From an uncultured Bacteroidota bacterium (lineage in GTDB: Bacteria > Bacteroidota > Ignavibacteria > Ignavibacteriales > Ignavibacteriaceae), in contig CAVVHP010000022.1 in assembly GCA_963748105.1 (NCBI GenBank), positions 4,443-68,442 on the forward strand: DNA of 64,000 nucleotides, written 5' to 3'. The notes beneath the pieces are model-generated. The model made no database searches. It was not told the DNA's origin and saw nothing but the letters and a program-made list of their open reading frames with translations. A program made the position numbers and the translations under genes. Below, one piece after another: positions 30,008 through 40,068 of this stretch; positions within the stretch are counted from its first letter, which is position 1; every line of letters starts with the position of its first letter.

Positions 30008-31228
30008 ATGCAATTTCCTTTTTTTATATCGAAAAAATATACACTTTCCAGGAAGGATTCCCGATTTATTACCTTCATTTCTTCTATTTCTATTATAGGA
30101 ATTGCCCTTGGGGTTGCAACCCTGATTATTGCTTTGAGCATATTAAATGGTTTTGCCGGAACTTTAACAAGCAAAATTATTGATTTTGACTCACATATTG
30201 AGATCAATTCCTATAGAACTGTTCTACCTGATTATAATACTGAATTGCCAATACTTAAAGAGAAACTTCATAATTCAATTTTATCAATCAACCCTTATGC
30301 TTCAAAATTAGCAATTATTAGTCGCGGCAGAATAAAGGAAGGCGTGAATATAAAAGGTATCAGAGCAAAAGATAAATGGAATGGAATAAATGAAAATATT
30401 ATTGAAGGTAATTTGGACCTCAAAGGAAGCAAAATCCCTTCAATTGTGATCGGCAAAAAATTAGCCAATAAATTGTACGCAAAAATTGGTGATAAAGTTA
30501 CTCTTTTCGGATTGAATGACGACCAAATACCAACACCGGACAATCCTCCAAATATTGAAATATTTAAAATATCAGGAATATTTGAAAGTGGAATGGCTGC
30601 TTACGACGACCTGGTTGCCTATGTAAATTTAGAATCTTCGCAACAACTTTTCAGTCTTGGTGACAATGTGACCGGTTATGATATAAGAGTAAAAGATATT
30701 TCTAAGATTGATAGCTTAACAAACTATTTATCAAATGAATTGACCTATCCATATAATGTAAAATCTATTTACCAGACACATAGAAATATATTTACCTGGA
30801 TAGAATTGCAGAAAAAACCAATTCCAATAATATTGGCTCTAATTATAATTGTAGCTGTCTTTAATATAGTTGGTACTCTTTTAATGATAGTTCTTGAAAA
30901 AACAGGATCAATTGGTATACTTAAATCTCTTGGCGCAAAAAGGAAACAGGTAATTTCAATTTTTCTTTTCCAGGGCATATTTTTGGCAATTACAGGAATT
31001 TTAATTGGAAATATTCTGGCATTTATTTTGTCTTATCTTCAGGTGCATTTTAATTTAATTACAATTCCTTCTTCCGTTTATATGATGTCAAAAGTGCCGG
31101 TAACAATTTCTTTATTCACTTATATTGAAGTTTCTCTGATCACATTTGTTTTATGTATTATCGCATCGTTAATACCGAGTTTCATTGCATCAAGGATTCA
31201 ACCAATAAAAGCGATCAGGTTTAATTGA
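30008..31228 (+). CDS. lolC: Lipoprotein-releasing system permease (LolC/LolE family, FtsX-like)
   Basis: 406 aa. N-terminal FISKKYTLSRKDSRFITFISSISIIGIALGVATLIIALSILNGF, then a MacB-like periplasmic domain and a C-terminal FtsX 3-TM block. Confidence 0.85.
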   Translation: MQFPFFISKKYTLSRKDSRFITFISSISIIGIALGVATLIIALSILNGFAGTLTSKIIDFDSHIEINSYRTVLPDYNTELPILKEKLHNSILSINPYASKLAIISRGRIKEGVNIKGIRAKDKWNGINENIIEGNLDLKGSKIPSIVIGKKLANKLYAKIGDKVTLFGLNDDQIPTPDNPPNIEIFKISGIFESGMAAYDDLVAYVNLESSQQLFSLGDNVTGYDIRVKDISKIDSLTNYLSNELTYPYNVKSIYQTHRNIFTWIELQKKPIPIILALIIIVAVFNIVGTLLMIVLEKTGSIGILKSLGAKRKQVISIFLFQGIFLAITGILIGNILAFILSYLQVHFNLITIPSSVYMMSKVPVTISLFTYIEVSLITFVLCIIASLIPSFIASRIQPIKAIRFN

Positions 31229-32460
31229 TGAAGTTCGAATCTTACATAGCGAAAAGATATCTCGGTAGTAAACACAAAATTAATTTTATTACTATAATTT
31301 CATTTTTATCAGTTTCCGGTATTACAATTGGAGTAGCCGCACTAATAGTTGTGCTTTCTGTTTTTAATGGATTCAGCAGCCTTGTAACATCCTATTTAAT
31401 TAATTTCGATCCACATGTAAGAGTAGAGATGATTACAAGTAATTCTTCGGAAGAAAGTTCAAAAGTTGAGAGTATTCTAAAAGACGAAAATGACATAAGG
31501 GATTTTTCACCTTTTGTAAGTGGCAAAGTTCTGGTTTACAGGGCAAGGATGACACAAATTATAATCCTGAAAGGCATTTCTAAAAATGAAGGTAACACGG
31601 TTTATAATATAAGTCCGAGCATTTTATACGGTAAGTATAATTTGAGTACAGGGAAAGAATTACCAAGGGTAATTTTAGGACTTACACTTGCTGACAGGCT
31701 TGAGACAATTATTGGCGATACTTTAACTCTGGTTTCCCCTTCCAATATTGAAAGTGCCGTCACACTGTTTTCAATGCCATTAACCCAACGCGTAATAGTC
31801 GCCGGGATTTATAGTTCTAATAATAATGATTATGATGCTAATTATATTTTTTCAGCATTACCAGTTGCACAGAACCTGCTTGGTTATGGAAAGACTATAC
31901 AGGGTTTTGACATTAAACTGGACAATATAAAATCATCATTTGAGGTAAAAGATAAAATCCAGGCAAAATTAAATCCTGATAATTTCAGCGTAAATACCTG
32001 GTATGATTTCCATCGGGACCTATACTCAGTAATGCAAATTGAAAGATGGACAGCGTATATTATTTTATCTTTGATTATCGCGGTTGCTACTTTTAATATA
32101 TTAGGATCTCTTTCGATGTCCGTAATAGAAAAACAACGCGATATCGGGATTCTCCGGTCAATGGGAGCAACTGAGAATTCTATATTAAGAATTTTCAGAT
32201 TTGAAGGTTTATTAATCGGAATTATAGGCACTATGGCTGGTTCACTACTTGGATATTTTATCTGTTTTTTACAATTACAATACAAAATATATCCACTTGA
32301 CCCGACTCAATATAAAATTGATGCACTACCCCTTCAGGTTAGGTTATCAGATTTCTTTTTTATTGCAGGAATGTCACTATTATTATCTTATCTAGCATCA
32401 ATTTATCCTGCAAAAAAGGCAGCAAAAGTAAATCCTCTTGAAGCAATTAAGTGGGAATAA
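31225..32460 (+). CDS. lolE: Lipoprotein-releasing system permease (LolC/LolE family paralog)
   Basis: 411 aa with YIAKRYLGSKHKINFITIISFLSVSGITIGVAALIVVLSVFNGF. It has the same architecture as the previous gene, with a 4-nt overlap. Confidence 0.85.
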   Translation: MMKFESYIAKRYLGSKHKINFITIISFLSVSGITIGVAALIVVLSVFNGFSSLVTSYLINFDPHVRVEMITSNSSEESSKVESILKDENDIRDFSPFVSGKVLVYRARMTQIIILKGISKNEGNTVYNISPSILYGKYNLSTGKELPRVILGLTLADRLETIIGDTLTLVSPSNIESAVTLFSMPLTQRVIVAGIYSSNNNDYDANYIFSALPVAQNLLGYGKTIQGFDIKLDNIKSSFEVKDKIQAKLNPDNFSVNTWYDFHRDLYSVMQIERWTAYIILSLIIAVATFNILGSLSMSVIEKQRDIGILRSMGATENSILRIFRFEGLLIGIIGTMAGSLLGYFICFLQLQYKIYPLDPTQYKIDALPLQVRLSDFFFIAGMSLLLSYLASIYPAKKAAKVNPLEAIKWE

Positions 32461-32476
32461 TTTAACTGAGAATTTA

Positions 32477-33163
32477 ATGAGCAATATATTACTTAAGGCA
32501 GAAGATTTAAATAAGTCATATCAAACCACCAAACTTGTAAAGCTTGAAGTTTTAAAATCAGTTTCACTGGAAATTGAAAGAAATAAAATTTCTGTAATTA
32601 TCGGGTCTTCCGGGGCTGGCAAAAGTACATTACTACATTTATTGGCCGGGCTTGATCGTCCTGATAAAGGTGAAGTTATATTTAATGACGAAAATATTTT
32701 CAGATTTTCCGATGATCGCCTGGCAAGATTCCGTAATAAGAATGTCGGGCTTGTTTTCCAGTTTCATCATTTATTACCGGAATTTTCAGCACTTGAAAAT
32801 GTAGCAATTCCCCAAATGATAAAAGGAGAATCACTTCATGCATCAACAAAACACGCTGAGGAATTGTTGAATGCTGTTGGCCTTTCTGAACGAGTCACAC
32901 ACAAACCCGCAGAACTATCCGGCGGCGAGCAACAGCGGGTAGCGGTAGCGCGTGCAATGGCTAATGATCCTGAAATAATTTTTGCAGACGAACCCACAGG
33001 AAATCTGGACTCTGAGAACAGCGAAGCAATTCATCAATTAATTGTGAATCTAAGAGATCAGTTTCATAAAACATTTGTTATTGTAAGTCACAATAAAGGC
33101 ATGGTAGATCTTGCAGATAAAGTATATGAAATGAAAGACGGCAAATTACTCAATAAGGGATAA
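32477..33163 (+). CDS. lolD: Lipoprotein-releasing system ATP-binding protein LolD (ABC ATPase)
   Basis: The start is taken at [11 protein letters not shown]; the track start at 32438 overlaps lolE. It has Walker A (GSSGAGKST), the ABC signature ([14 protein letters not shown]) and Walker B (IIFADEPT). Confidence 0.88.
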   Translation: MSNILLKAEDLNKSYQTTKLVKLEVLKSVSLEIERNKISVIIGSSGAGKSTLLHLLAGLDRPDKGEVIFNDENIFRFSDDRLARFRNKNVGLVFQFHHLLPEFSALENVAIPQMIKGESLHASTKHAEELLNAVGLSERVTHKPAELSGGEQQRVAVARAMANDPEIIFADEPTGNLDSENSEAIHQLIVNLRDQFHKTFVIVSHNKGMVDLADKVYEMKDGKLLNKG

Positions 33164-33179
33164 ATTCCCGCCTCGAATT

Positions 33180-34682
33180 TTATTCAGATAAATAATCGAA
33201 TAATAGTCGTACGCCAAAACCTGTCATATATTTTTTAGAATAATTATTATAACTATTCGCCATCGCTGGTCCGGCAATATCAAGATGAGCCCAGGAAATA
33301 TTCTCATCAACAAAATGTTCCAGAAATTTTGCTGCTGTAATTGCTCCGCCCCATCTTACTTTCCCAGTATTGTGTACGTCAGCAACATCACTTTTAATCA
33401 ATTCATTATAATCATCCCACATTGGCATTCTCCAAAGCCGGTCATAAGTCTTTAGACCTGAATTGTATAATTTATTTGCAAGTTGATCATCTTTAGTAAA
33501 CAATCCTGCAACAAATTCACCAAGAGCAACAACACAAGCTCCTGTTAATGTAGCCAGGTCAATTATCGCATCCGGTTTTTGTTTTGATGCGTAATGTAAA
33601 GCATCAGCAAGTATCATTCTGCCTTCAGCATCTGTGTTATCAACTTCAATACTTTTTCCTGATGAGGTAATCACTACATCACCGGGCCTCATTGAACCTC
33701 CGTCTACCATATTTTCTGCAGCAGGAATCACACCCAGGAGTTTAACAGGCAATTTTGCCTTTGCAGCTGCAAGAACCGTCCCTGCTACAACTGCAGCACC
33801 AGACATATCGGCTTTCATTTCGCCCATTCCTGCAGCAGGTTTAATGGAGATGCCACCAGCATCGAAAGTTACTCCTTTTCCTACAAGCGAGATAAATTTG
33901 GATTTCTTTGCTTTTCCCCTGGTTCCGTTATATTCCAGAACTATGAATCTTGGAGGATTAGCACTGCCCATTCCAACAGCAAGCAAACCTCCCATTTTTC
34001 TTTTTTTAATTTCTTTTTCATTAAACACAGTGACCTTGACACCAGCTTTTTTTAATTTATTGCTCACACGTGTAGCAAGTTCGGAAGGTGTTAAAACAAT
34101 TGAGGGCTCATTTTGTAATTCCTTTGTGAAATTAAAGCCTTCAATTACACAGGATGCCTTCGCAAGTGCCGGTTTCAGTTTTCTCTCATTTGCTGCAATA
34201 AAATGAACATTTATAACAGTGGGTTTTTCTTTTTTGTATTTATATTTATCAAAGGAATAATTCCCCAGTGCCAGTCCTTCTGCAAATCCCTGATAATAAT
34301 ATTCTTCATCATCAAAATATTTTTCATAGAGGTCGAAGGTGGGAATTTCTATATATAAATTCTGAATAGATTCACCATCCAGTTTCTGGATTAAACCAGC
34401 CAGGTGATTCCTGAAGTAATCAACTGAGAAATTTTTATCAGTTTTAACTTTTACCAATAACATTTCATCCGGTTTACCCCCCTGTTTTGCAATTCTTATT
34501 TCCTTCCCTTTTTCAGAGAGGAAGTTTTTCTTTCCCAATTGTGAAATATTGACCCTGGAATCTTTTTCTAATTCTCTAAGCCAGCCTGTTATTCTTTTAT
34601 CATCAATTACATATTTTACTGTCAATGAAGAAGATTTGTAGATTATCTTTTTCCCTGCTGAATTAAACTTTATATCGAACAT
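33180..34682 (-). CDS. pepA: Leucyl aminopeptidase (M17 family)
   Basis: 500 aa with VGKGVTFDAGGISIKP and the NTDAEGRMILADAL metal-binding signature. Confidence 0.92.
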   Translation of the reverse strand: MFDIKFNSAGKKIIYKSSSLTVKYVIDDKRITGWLRELEKDSRVNISQLGKKNFLSEKGKEIRIAKQGGKPDEMLLVKVKTDKNFSVDYFRNHLAGLIQKLDGESIQNLYIEIPTFDLYEKYFDDEEYYYQGFAEGLALGNYSFDKYKYKKEKPTVINVHFIAANERKLKPALAKASCVIEGFNFTKELQNEPSIVLTPSELATRVSNKLKKAGVKVTVFNEKEIKKRKMGGLLAVGMGSANPPRFIVLEYNGTRGKAKKSKFISLVGKGVTFDAGGISIKPAAGMGEMKADMSGAAVVAGTVLAAAKAKLPVKLLGVIPAAENMVDGGSMRPGDVVITSSGKSIEVDNTDAEGRMILADALHYASKQKPDAIIDLATLTGACVVALGEFVAGLFTKDDQLANKLYNSGLKTYDRLWRMPMWDDYNELIKSDVADVHNTGKVRWGGAITAAKFLEHFVDENISWAHLDIAGPAMANSYNNYSKKYMTGFGVRLLFDYLSE

Positions 34683-34699
34683 TTTACACCTATCAATTT

Positions 34700-35689
34700 T
34701 TACAAATATTTTTCCGCACTTTTTAATATCTGCGGAATGGATTCTTTCAACTTCTCGTCGAACATACGTGCACCGGCGGCATTTAGATGTCCGCCGCCCC
34801 CATACTCCGCGGCCAGTTTATTGGCTGCTATCTCCCCTTTCGATCTGAAACTAACTTTAAAGCCGCTTTTCAATTCCAGAAATAATAAACCCAAAACAAC
34901 ATTCTCAATCGAAAGCGTGAAATTAACAAAACCATCAGTATCAGATTCAACTGCTTGAGTATTTTTAAAATCATCCTGAGTCAAAATCATATAGGCTATT
35001 TTTTCTTCTTTTCCATGTAATTTCATTGAATCCAGAGCCTTACCAAGTAGTCTTATTTTACTAAATTTACTATGATCGTAAATCTTATCATAAACATCTC
35101 CTGGATTTACTCCAACTTCCAATAAATGAGCAGCAATATTATGAATCTTCGGAGATGTGCGCTCAAATCTGAATGACCCTGTGTCTGTCATAATTGCAGC
35201 ATAAATAGGATATGCAATTTCATAGGTTAGTTTAACAATTCCTGTCTTTATTATAAAATCATATATAATTTCACCGGTGGCACTGTAATCTGTATCGATA
35301 AAAAAATGATGGGCAAACCTTTCCGGTTCCTGGTGATGATCAATGCAGATTTTTAATTTATTAGAATCATTAAAAGGCTTTGTCATTCTAACCATTCTGT
35401 TAGATCGGTTAAAATCTAAAGCAACTAAAACATCCACTTCATTAAAAATATTTTTATGCTTCTCTTCCTCATATGTTTCAATAACTGAATCAGTATCCAG
35501 GAATCCCAAATTATACGGTATTGTACTGTGGTTTATTATTTTTATTTTTTTGCCAAGGTTTTTAAGCAAAAAATAAAAGGCTATTTCTGATCCGATGGCA
35601 TCCGCATCAGGGTTAACGTGAGACGTTAGCAAAAATGATTTGTTTTTTTTATCAGTAATTAAGTCTGCAAGTTTTTTGAATTCTATCAT
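34700..35689 (-). CDS. nrnA: DHH/DHHA1 phosphoesterase (NrnA-like oligoribonuclease / pAp phosphatase)
   Basis: DHH motifs are present (SHVNPDADAIGS; IDHHQ; GGGGHLNAAG). The start is set at MIEFKK (35689) because the longer track start (35731) would overlap the korB terminator hairpin. Confidence 0.85.
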   Translation of the reverse strand: MIEFKKLADLITDKKNKSFLLTSHVNPDADAIGSEIAFYFLLKNLGKKIKIINHSTIPYNLGFLDTDSVIETYEEEKHKNIFNEVDVLVALDFNRSNRMVRMTKPFNDSNKLKICIDHHQEPERFAHHFFIDTDYSATGEIIYDFIIKTGIVKLTYEIAYPIYAAIMTDTGSFRFERTSPKIHNIAAHLLEVGVNPGDVYDKIYDHSKFSKIRLLGKALDSMKLHGKEEKIAYMILTQDDFKNTQAVESDTDGFVNFTLSIENVVLGLLFLELKSGFKVSFRSKGEIAANKLAAEYGGGGHLNAAGARMFDEKLKESIPQILKSAEKYL

Positions 35690-35702
35690 AAAGGGTAAAT
35701 TT

Positions 35703-35736
35703 AAAGAATAAAAGAGGGCTTGAAAATTCAAGCCCT
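35703..35736 (-). terminator. Intrinsic terminator after korB (copy 2)
   Basis: AGGGCTTGA-aaat-TCAAGCCCT hairpin (35715-35736), followed on the minus strand by CTTTTATTCTTT. Confidence 0.75.
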
Positions 35737-35793
35737 GATAATATTGAAAAGTAAAAATAGGAAAATTTTAAGTGAATTCAACGAAACGAGGGG

Positions 35794-36825
35794 TTAATTA
35801 ACCTCCCACAAATTTCCGCTGAACAACAGCTTCCTTAAATCTCCCTCCCCTTTTGATTTTTTTGCTTCCTCAAGTTGAGCGTGAAGGTCATTTTCATATG
35901 TGCTTTTAAGTTCCTGTCTCAAAACACCCACAGGAGTTGGGAATCCTTCCATTTCAGTAAATTGAGAAATGATATGTGCACGAAATGTATTTTTATCCAT
36001 TTCATCATGTACCCAGAGATCATCAACAGAATTTTTACTTTCAGAAAGATCGACAACCACCGGGTTTATTCCATCTAACTTAATGCCTTTGGTCTTCTCT
36101 TTTCCAAAAATCATTGGCTTTCCGTGCTCAAGAAAAAGTACGTGATCTTCTTTCGTTTTTTTATCTGTTAAAAGTTCAAAAGCACCGTCATTAAATATAT
36201 TGCAATTCTGATACACTTCTATGAATGCTGTTCCTTTATGTTCTCCGGCACGTTTTATCATTGCCTGGAGATGTTTAGGATCACGATCCAATGCTCTTGC
36301 AATAAACGATGCTCCTGCGCCAACTGCCAAAGAAAGAGGGTTAAATGGATAATCAACGCTACCAAACGGACTGCTCTTGGTTTTCTTCCCTTTTTCTGAT
36401 GTTGGAGAATACTGACCTTTTGTTAAACCATAAATCCTGTTGTTAAACAAGAGAATTTTAAGATCAATATTTCTTCTGCACGCATGTATAAAATGATTCC
36501 CACCGATACTCAAGAGGTCACCATCACCTGAAGCGACCCATACTGAAAGTTCGGGATTGTTTACTTTTACTCCGGTTGCAATTGCCGGGGCACGACCGTG
36601 AATTCCGTGCATTCCATATGTGTTCATATAATATGGAAATCTTGCTGCACAGCCAATCCCTGAAATCCAGACAAATTTTTCAATATCGATTCCAAGATCC
36701 GGTGCGGTTCGTTGTGTTTGAGCCAGAATTGAATAATCACCGCAACCGGGACACCATCTTACATCTTGCCCGGATGAAAAATCTTTTGCTGTATTCTTTA
36801 TCTCTTTTGTTGTGTTATCTGCCAT
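35794..36825 (-). CDS. korB: 2-oxoacid:ferredoxin oxidoreductase beta subunit (KorB-type, TPP-binding), copy 2
   Basis: The start is at MADNTTKEIK (36825), one nt after the korA stop; the context is GGGAGGAAAATAAAATG. It has the WCPGCGDYSIL Cys motif and the TPP motif GDGDLLSIGGNH. About 70% of residues are identical by eye to 39027..40067. Confidence 0.9.
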   Translation of the reverse strand: MADNTTKEIKNTAKDFSSGQDVRWCPGCGDYSILAQTQRTAPDLGIDIEKFVWISGIGCAARFPYYMNTYGMHGIHGRAPAIATGVKVNNPELSVWVASGDGDLLSIGGNHFIHACRRNIDLKILLFNNRIYGLTKGQYSPTSEKGKKTKSSPFGSVDYPFNPLSLAVGAGASFIARALDRDPKHLQAMIKRAGEHKGTAFIEVYQNCNIFNDGAFELLTDKKTKEDHVLFLEHGKPMIFGKEKTKGIKLDGINPVVVDLSESKNSVDDLWVHDEMDKNTFRAHIISQFTEMEGFPTPVGVLRQELKSTYENDLHAQLEEAKKSKGEGDLRKLLFSGNLWEVN

Positions 36826-36826
36826 T

Positions 36827-38662
36827 TTATTTTCCTCCCAGCAAAATTGATTCAATCTTCGCCTCAATTTCAGAAGATCTAAAAGGTAAACCCTGTATCT
36901 TATTAAACGATTCAACTTCAACCGCGTATTCACTTGCTATAATCTTTGAAAGTTGTCCAAGATTTAATTCAGGGCACAAAATATGTTTGTATTTTCTGAG
37001 TAAATCAGCAGTATTTTTTGGCAAAGGATTAATGTATCGTAAATGAGCCTGAGCAACCTTCATTCCTTTTTTTCTTGCACGGTTAACTGCTTCAGTTATC
37101 GAGCCATAAGTTCCTCCCCATCCAAGAACTAAAACATCTGCATCCTTATCTCCAATAATTTCAAGATCAGGAATATCATTTTTGACATTATTAACTTTTT
37201 GTGCCCTCAATCTTACCATAAATTCATGATTTTCCGGATCATAACTTACATCACCCGTAATATTTGCTTTTTCCAGTCCACCAATTCTGTGCTCAAGCCC
37301 GGGTGTTCCGGGAATTGCCCAGGGACGTGATAAATTTTCATCTCGGACATATGGTTGAAAGCCTTCTTTCTTCTTAACAAATTTTGCTTCAATTTCAGGA
37401 ATGGAATCCGGTTCAGGAATTTTCCAGGGCTCTGAACCATTTGCAAGGTATCCATCCGAAAGAAGAATTACCGGCACCATATATTTAATTGCTATTCTTG
37501 ATGCTTCAATTGCCAGATCAAAACAATCGGCTGGAGTTTGGGCTGCAAGAACAACAACAGGCGCTTCGCCATTTCTGCCATACATAACTTGGAGCAAATC
37601 CGATTGCTCTGTTTTAGTTGGCAAACCAGTGCTTGGTCCTCCTCTTTGAATATCAATAATTACCAGTGGAAGTTCTGTCATTACTCCCAGACCAATTGCC
37701 TCAGTTTTAAGCGCAACTCCAGGCCCACTTGTAGTTGTAATTGCAAGTGCACCGGAAAAAGCGGCACCAATTGCGGCACTCACAGCAGCGATTTCATCTT
37801 CCGCCTGAAAGGTTCTAACGCCAAAGTTTTTGTGTTTACTTAGTTCGTGTAAAACATCCGATGCCGGTGTGATTGGATAGGACCCCAGGAATAATGGTAA
37901 TTTACATTTTACTGAAGATGTCACAAATCCTAAAGCCAGGGCTTCATTTCCAGTTAAATTTCTATAGGTACCCTTCGGAAGATCAGCTGGTTCAACCTGA
38001 TATCTTGTAGTAAATAACTCGGTATTCTCACCAAAATAATAACCTGCTTTCAGAGCTTTTTCATTTGCTTTAGCAATTAGATCGTTGTTCTTAAATTTTA
38101 TATTTATCCACTCAAGTGTCGGTTCAATAGGACGACTATATAGCCAGTACATCATTCCAAGTGCAAAAAAGTTTTTTGATCTTGTAATTTCTTTTGCAGA
38201 TAATCCGCTGTCCTTAAGTGCTCTTGATGTAAGATCATTCAATGGAACTTCGATAACATTAAATCCATCTAGTGATTCATCTTCAAGAGGACTATTTTCG
38301 TAATGGGCAAGCCTTAAACTTTTTGGATCAAACGCATTGATATTAATAATTATTGTAGATCCCTTTTTCATATCATTCAGGTTAACTTTCAAGGCAGCCG
38401 GATTCATTGCTACCAGCACATCCGGTTGATCACCGGGTGTGTGAATATCATTGCTGCTGAAATGAAGTTGAAATCCACTTACTCCGTAGGTTGTACCAGC
38501 AGGTGCTCTTATTTCAGCAGGATAATCCGGCAGTGTACTAAGATCATTGCCAACAAGTGCGGTTGTATCTGTAAACTGTGTCCCTGTAAGCTGCATGCCG
38601 TCACCGGAATCACCTGCGAACCTTACAATCACATCATTTAATTCCAATATATCTTTTGGCAT
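36827..38662 (-). CDS. korA: 2-oxoacid:ferredoxin oxidoreductase alpha subunit (KorA-type), copy 2
   Basis: 611 aa with VRFAGDSGDGMQLTG, YPITPASD and QRGGPSTGLPTKTEQSDL. It is the paralog of 40069..41901. Confidence 0.9.
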   Translation of the reverse strand: MPKDILELNDVIVRFAGDSGDGMQLTGTQFTDTTALVGNDLSTLPDYPAEIRAPAGTTYGVSGFQLHFSSNDIHTPGDQPDVLVAMNPAALKVNLNDMKKGSTIIININAFDPKSLRLAHYENSPLEDESLDGFNVIEVPLNDLTSRALKDSGLSAKEITRSKNFFALGMMYWLYSRPIEPTLEWINIKFKNNDLIAKANEKALKAGYYFGENTELFTTRYQVEPADLPKGTYRNLTGNEALALGFVTSSVKCKLPLFLGSYPITPASDVLHELSKHKNFGVRTFQAEDEIAAVSAAIGAAFSGALAITTTSGPGVALKTEAIGLGVMTELPLVIIDIQRGGPSTGLPTKTEQSDLLQVMYGRNGEAPVVVLAAQTPADCFDLAIEASRIAIKYMVPVILLSDGYLANGSEPWKIPEPDSIPEIEAKFVKKKEGFQPYVRDENLSRPWAIPGTPGLEHRIGGLEKANITGDVSYDPENHEFMVRLRAQKVNNVKNDIPDLEIIGDKDADVLVLGWGGTYGSITEAVNRARKKGMKVAQAHLRYINPLPKNTADLLRKYKHILCPELNLGQLSKIIASEYAVEVESFNKIQGLPFRSSEIEAKIESILLGGK

Positions 38663-38940
38663 AAGTATTCCTTCAGTTATTTATTAAAAATTATTTTGAG
38701 GAGTGTCTTTTCCAAGATAAATAACAGGTTTATATTTCATATTAGATTACTAAAAATCTGAAATAAAATTAATTTATTTTAGGAAATATATCATCCCCCT
38801 GCAATAGTGAAGGATACGATAATAACAAAAACATGATCTGGATTGGAAAAATAAATAATCTATATCCTTTCATTCATATATCTTCAGGCTACTAAAGATA
38901 TATTAAATTTTAGCAATAAATTAAATAAGCAATGTGTTAT

Positions 38941-38961
38941 TGTCAAATATGTTATTTGACA
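38941..38961. promoter_or_regulatory. Perfect 9-3-9 palindrome, candidate operator upstream of kor copy 2
   Basis: TGTCAAATA-tgt-TATTTGACA lies about 280 nt upstream of the korA-2 start codon, immediately beside the kor copy-1 terminator. Confidence 0.3.
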
Positions 38962-38963
38962 TC

Positions 38964-39000
38964 AAAAAAGGGCTGTGTAAAGACAGCCCTTTTTGTTTTT
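38964..39000. terminator. Intrinsic terminator after kor copy 1
   Basis: GGGCTGT-gtaaag-ACAGCCC hairpin (38970-38989), flanked by A6 and T-runs. Confidence 0.85.
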
Positions 39001-39026
39001 TAGAGGTATAACTTTCAGAATACTAA

Positions 39027-40067
39027 TTAATTAACTTCCCAGGTGTTTCCGTTGAACAATACTTTTTCTATATCACCTTTTCCTTTCAACTTTGTCACAT
39101 TTTCAATCTGTGCTTCAACACCTTCGTCATAAGTGGGTTTTGAAATCTGACGAAATACACCTAAAGGGGAAGGATAATCAGGATCATCTGCCATATGAGC
39201 AAGTATCGTAGCGTGTACCGGGCTTGGCTCAAATTCATCATGAACCATAAGATCATCAACTGAATGCTTTCCGTCTGTAAGATCAACAATAACCGGCTTT
39301 GCACCGTCCAGTTTTATTCCTTTATTTTTGTCGTTGCCAAATATCATTGGCTTCCCGTGTTCAAGGTAAAGCACGTTTTCGTTTCTTGTAGCCTTATCAG
39401 ATAAAGCTTCAAAAGCACCATCATTAAAAATACTGCAGTTCTGAAGAACTTCTATAAAAGCCGTTCCCTTATGATCTGCTGCTCTTTTCAACATCATTTG
39501 TAAGTGTTTTGGATCTCTATCAAGTGTTTTTGCAACGAAAGTGGCTTCTGAACCGATAGCTAATGAAACCGGGTTAAAAGGATAATCAACACTTCCGTAA
39601 GGAGAGGTCTTTGTCTTTTTACCTTGTTCACTAGTCGGTGAATACTGTCCTTTTGTTAATCCATAAATCTTATTGTTAAAGAGGATAATTTTAAGATCAA
39701 CATTTTTTCTGCACGTATGAATAAAATGGTTTCCACCGATACTTAGAAGATCACCATCACCAGTAGCAACCCAAACAGAAAGATCAGGACGGCTTACTTT
39801 AACTCCGGTTGCAATTGCAGGTGCTCTTCCGTGAATAGTATGAAATCCATAAGTTCCCATGTAATAAGGAAATCTTGAAGAACATCCTATACCTGAAATC
39901 CAGATGATATTTTCTTTTTTAATTCCAATAATTTCAGGGAATGTTCTCTGAACCTGGGCAAGTATAGAATAATCGCCGCAACCGGGACACCATCTTACAT
40001 CGATTCCACTGGAAAGATCTTTAGCAGTTAACTTTATTTCATCAGCTTTAATTTTTACGTCACTCAT
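39027..40067 (-). CDS. korB: 2-oxoacid:ferredoxin oxidoreductase beta subunit (KorB-type), copy 1
   Basis: The start is at MSDVKIKADE (40067), one nt after the korA stop; the context is GGAGGCAAGTAAGATG. WCPGCGDYSIL and GDGDLLSIGGNH motifs are present. Confidence 0.9.
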   Translation of the reverse strand: MSDVKIKADEIKLTAKDLSSGIDVRWCPGCGDYSILAQVQRTFPEIIGIKKENIIWISGIGCSSRFPYYMGTYGFHTIHGRAPAIATGVKVSRPDLSVWVATGDGDLLSIGGNHFIHTCRKNVDLKIILFNNKIYGLTKGQYSPTSEQGKKTKTSPYGSVDYPFNPVSLAIGSEATFVAKTLDRDPKHLQMMLKRAADHKGTAFIEVLQNCSIFNDGAFEALSDKATRNENVLYLEHGKPMIFGNDKNKGIKLDGAKPVIVDLTDGKHSVDDLMVHDEFEPSPVHATILAHMADDPDYPSPLGVFRQISKPTYDEGVEAQIENVTKLKGKGDIEKVLFNGNTWEVN

Positions 40068-40068
40068 C

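Noticed and set aside
33634-34206. 190-aa plus-strand ORF antisense to pepA. Similar long antisense ORFs occur at 10621..11004, 13219..13593, 17284..17673, 31884..32285, 36576..37046 and 37401..37843.
   Set aside because: All lie entirely inside strongly supported genes on the opposite strand. They have low-complexity Pro/Ser/Ala/Thr- or Ile/Phe-rich compositions typical of shadow frames, no start-codon context and no recognisable domains.
35690-36933. Longer N-terminal extensions given by the ORF track for nrnA (to 35731), korB-2 (to 36933), korB-1 (to 40091), DUF35 (to 51100), lolD (from 32438) and GT9-1 (from 16775).
   Set aside because: The extensions overlap the upstream gene or a terminator hairpin and have no homology-like sequence. 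Internal ATGs with SD-like context directly after the upstream stop give proteins starting at the conserved N-termini.
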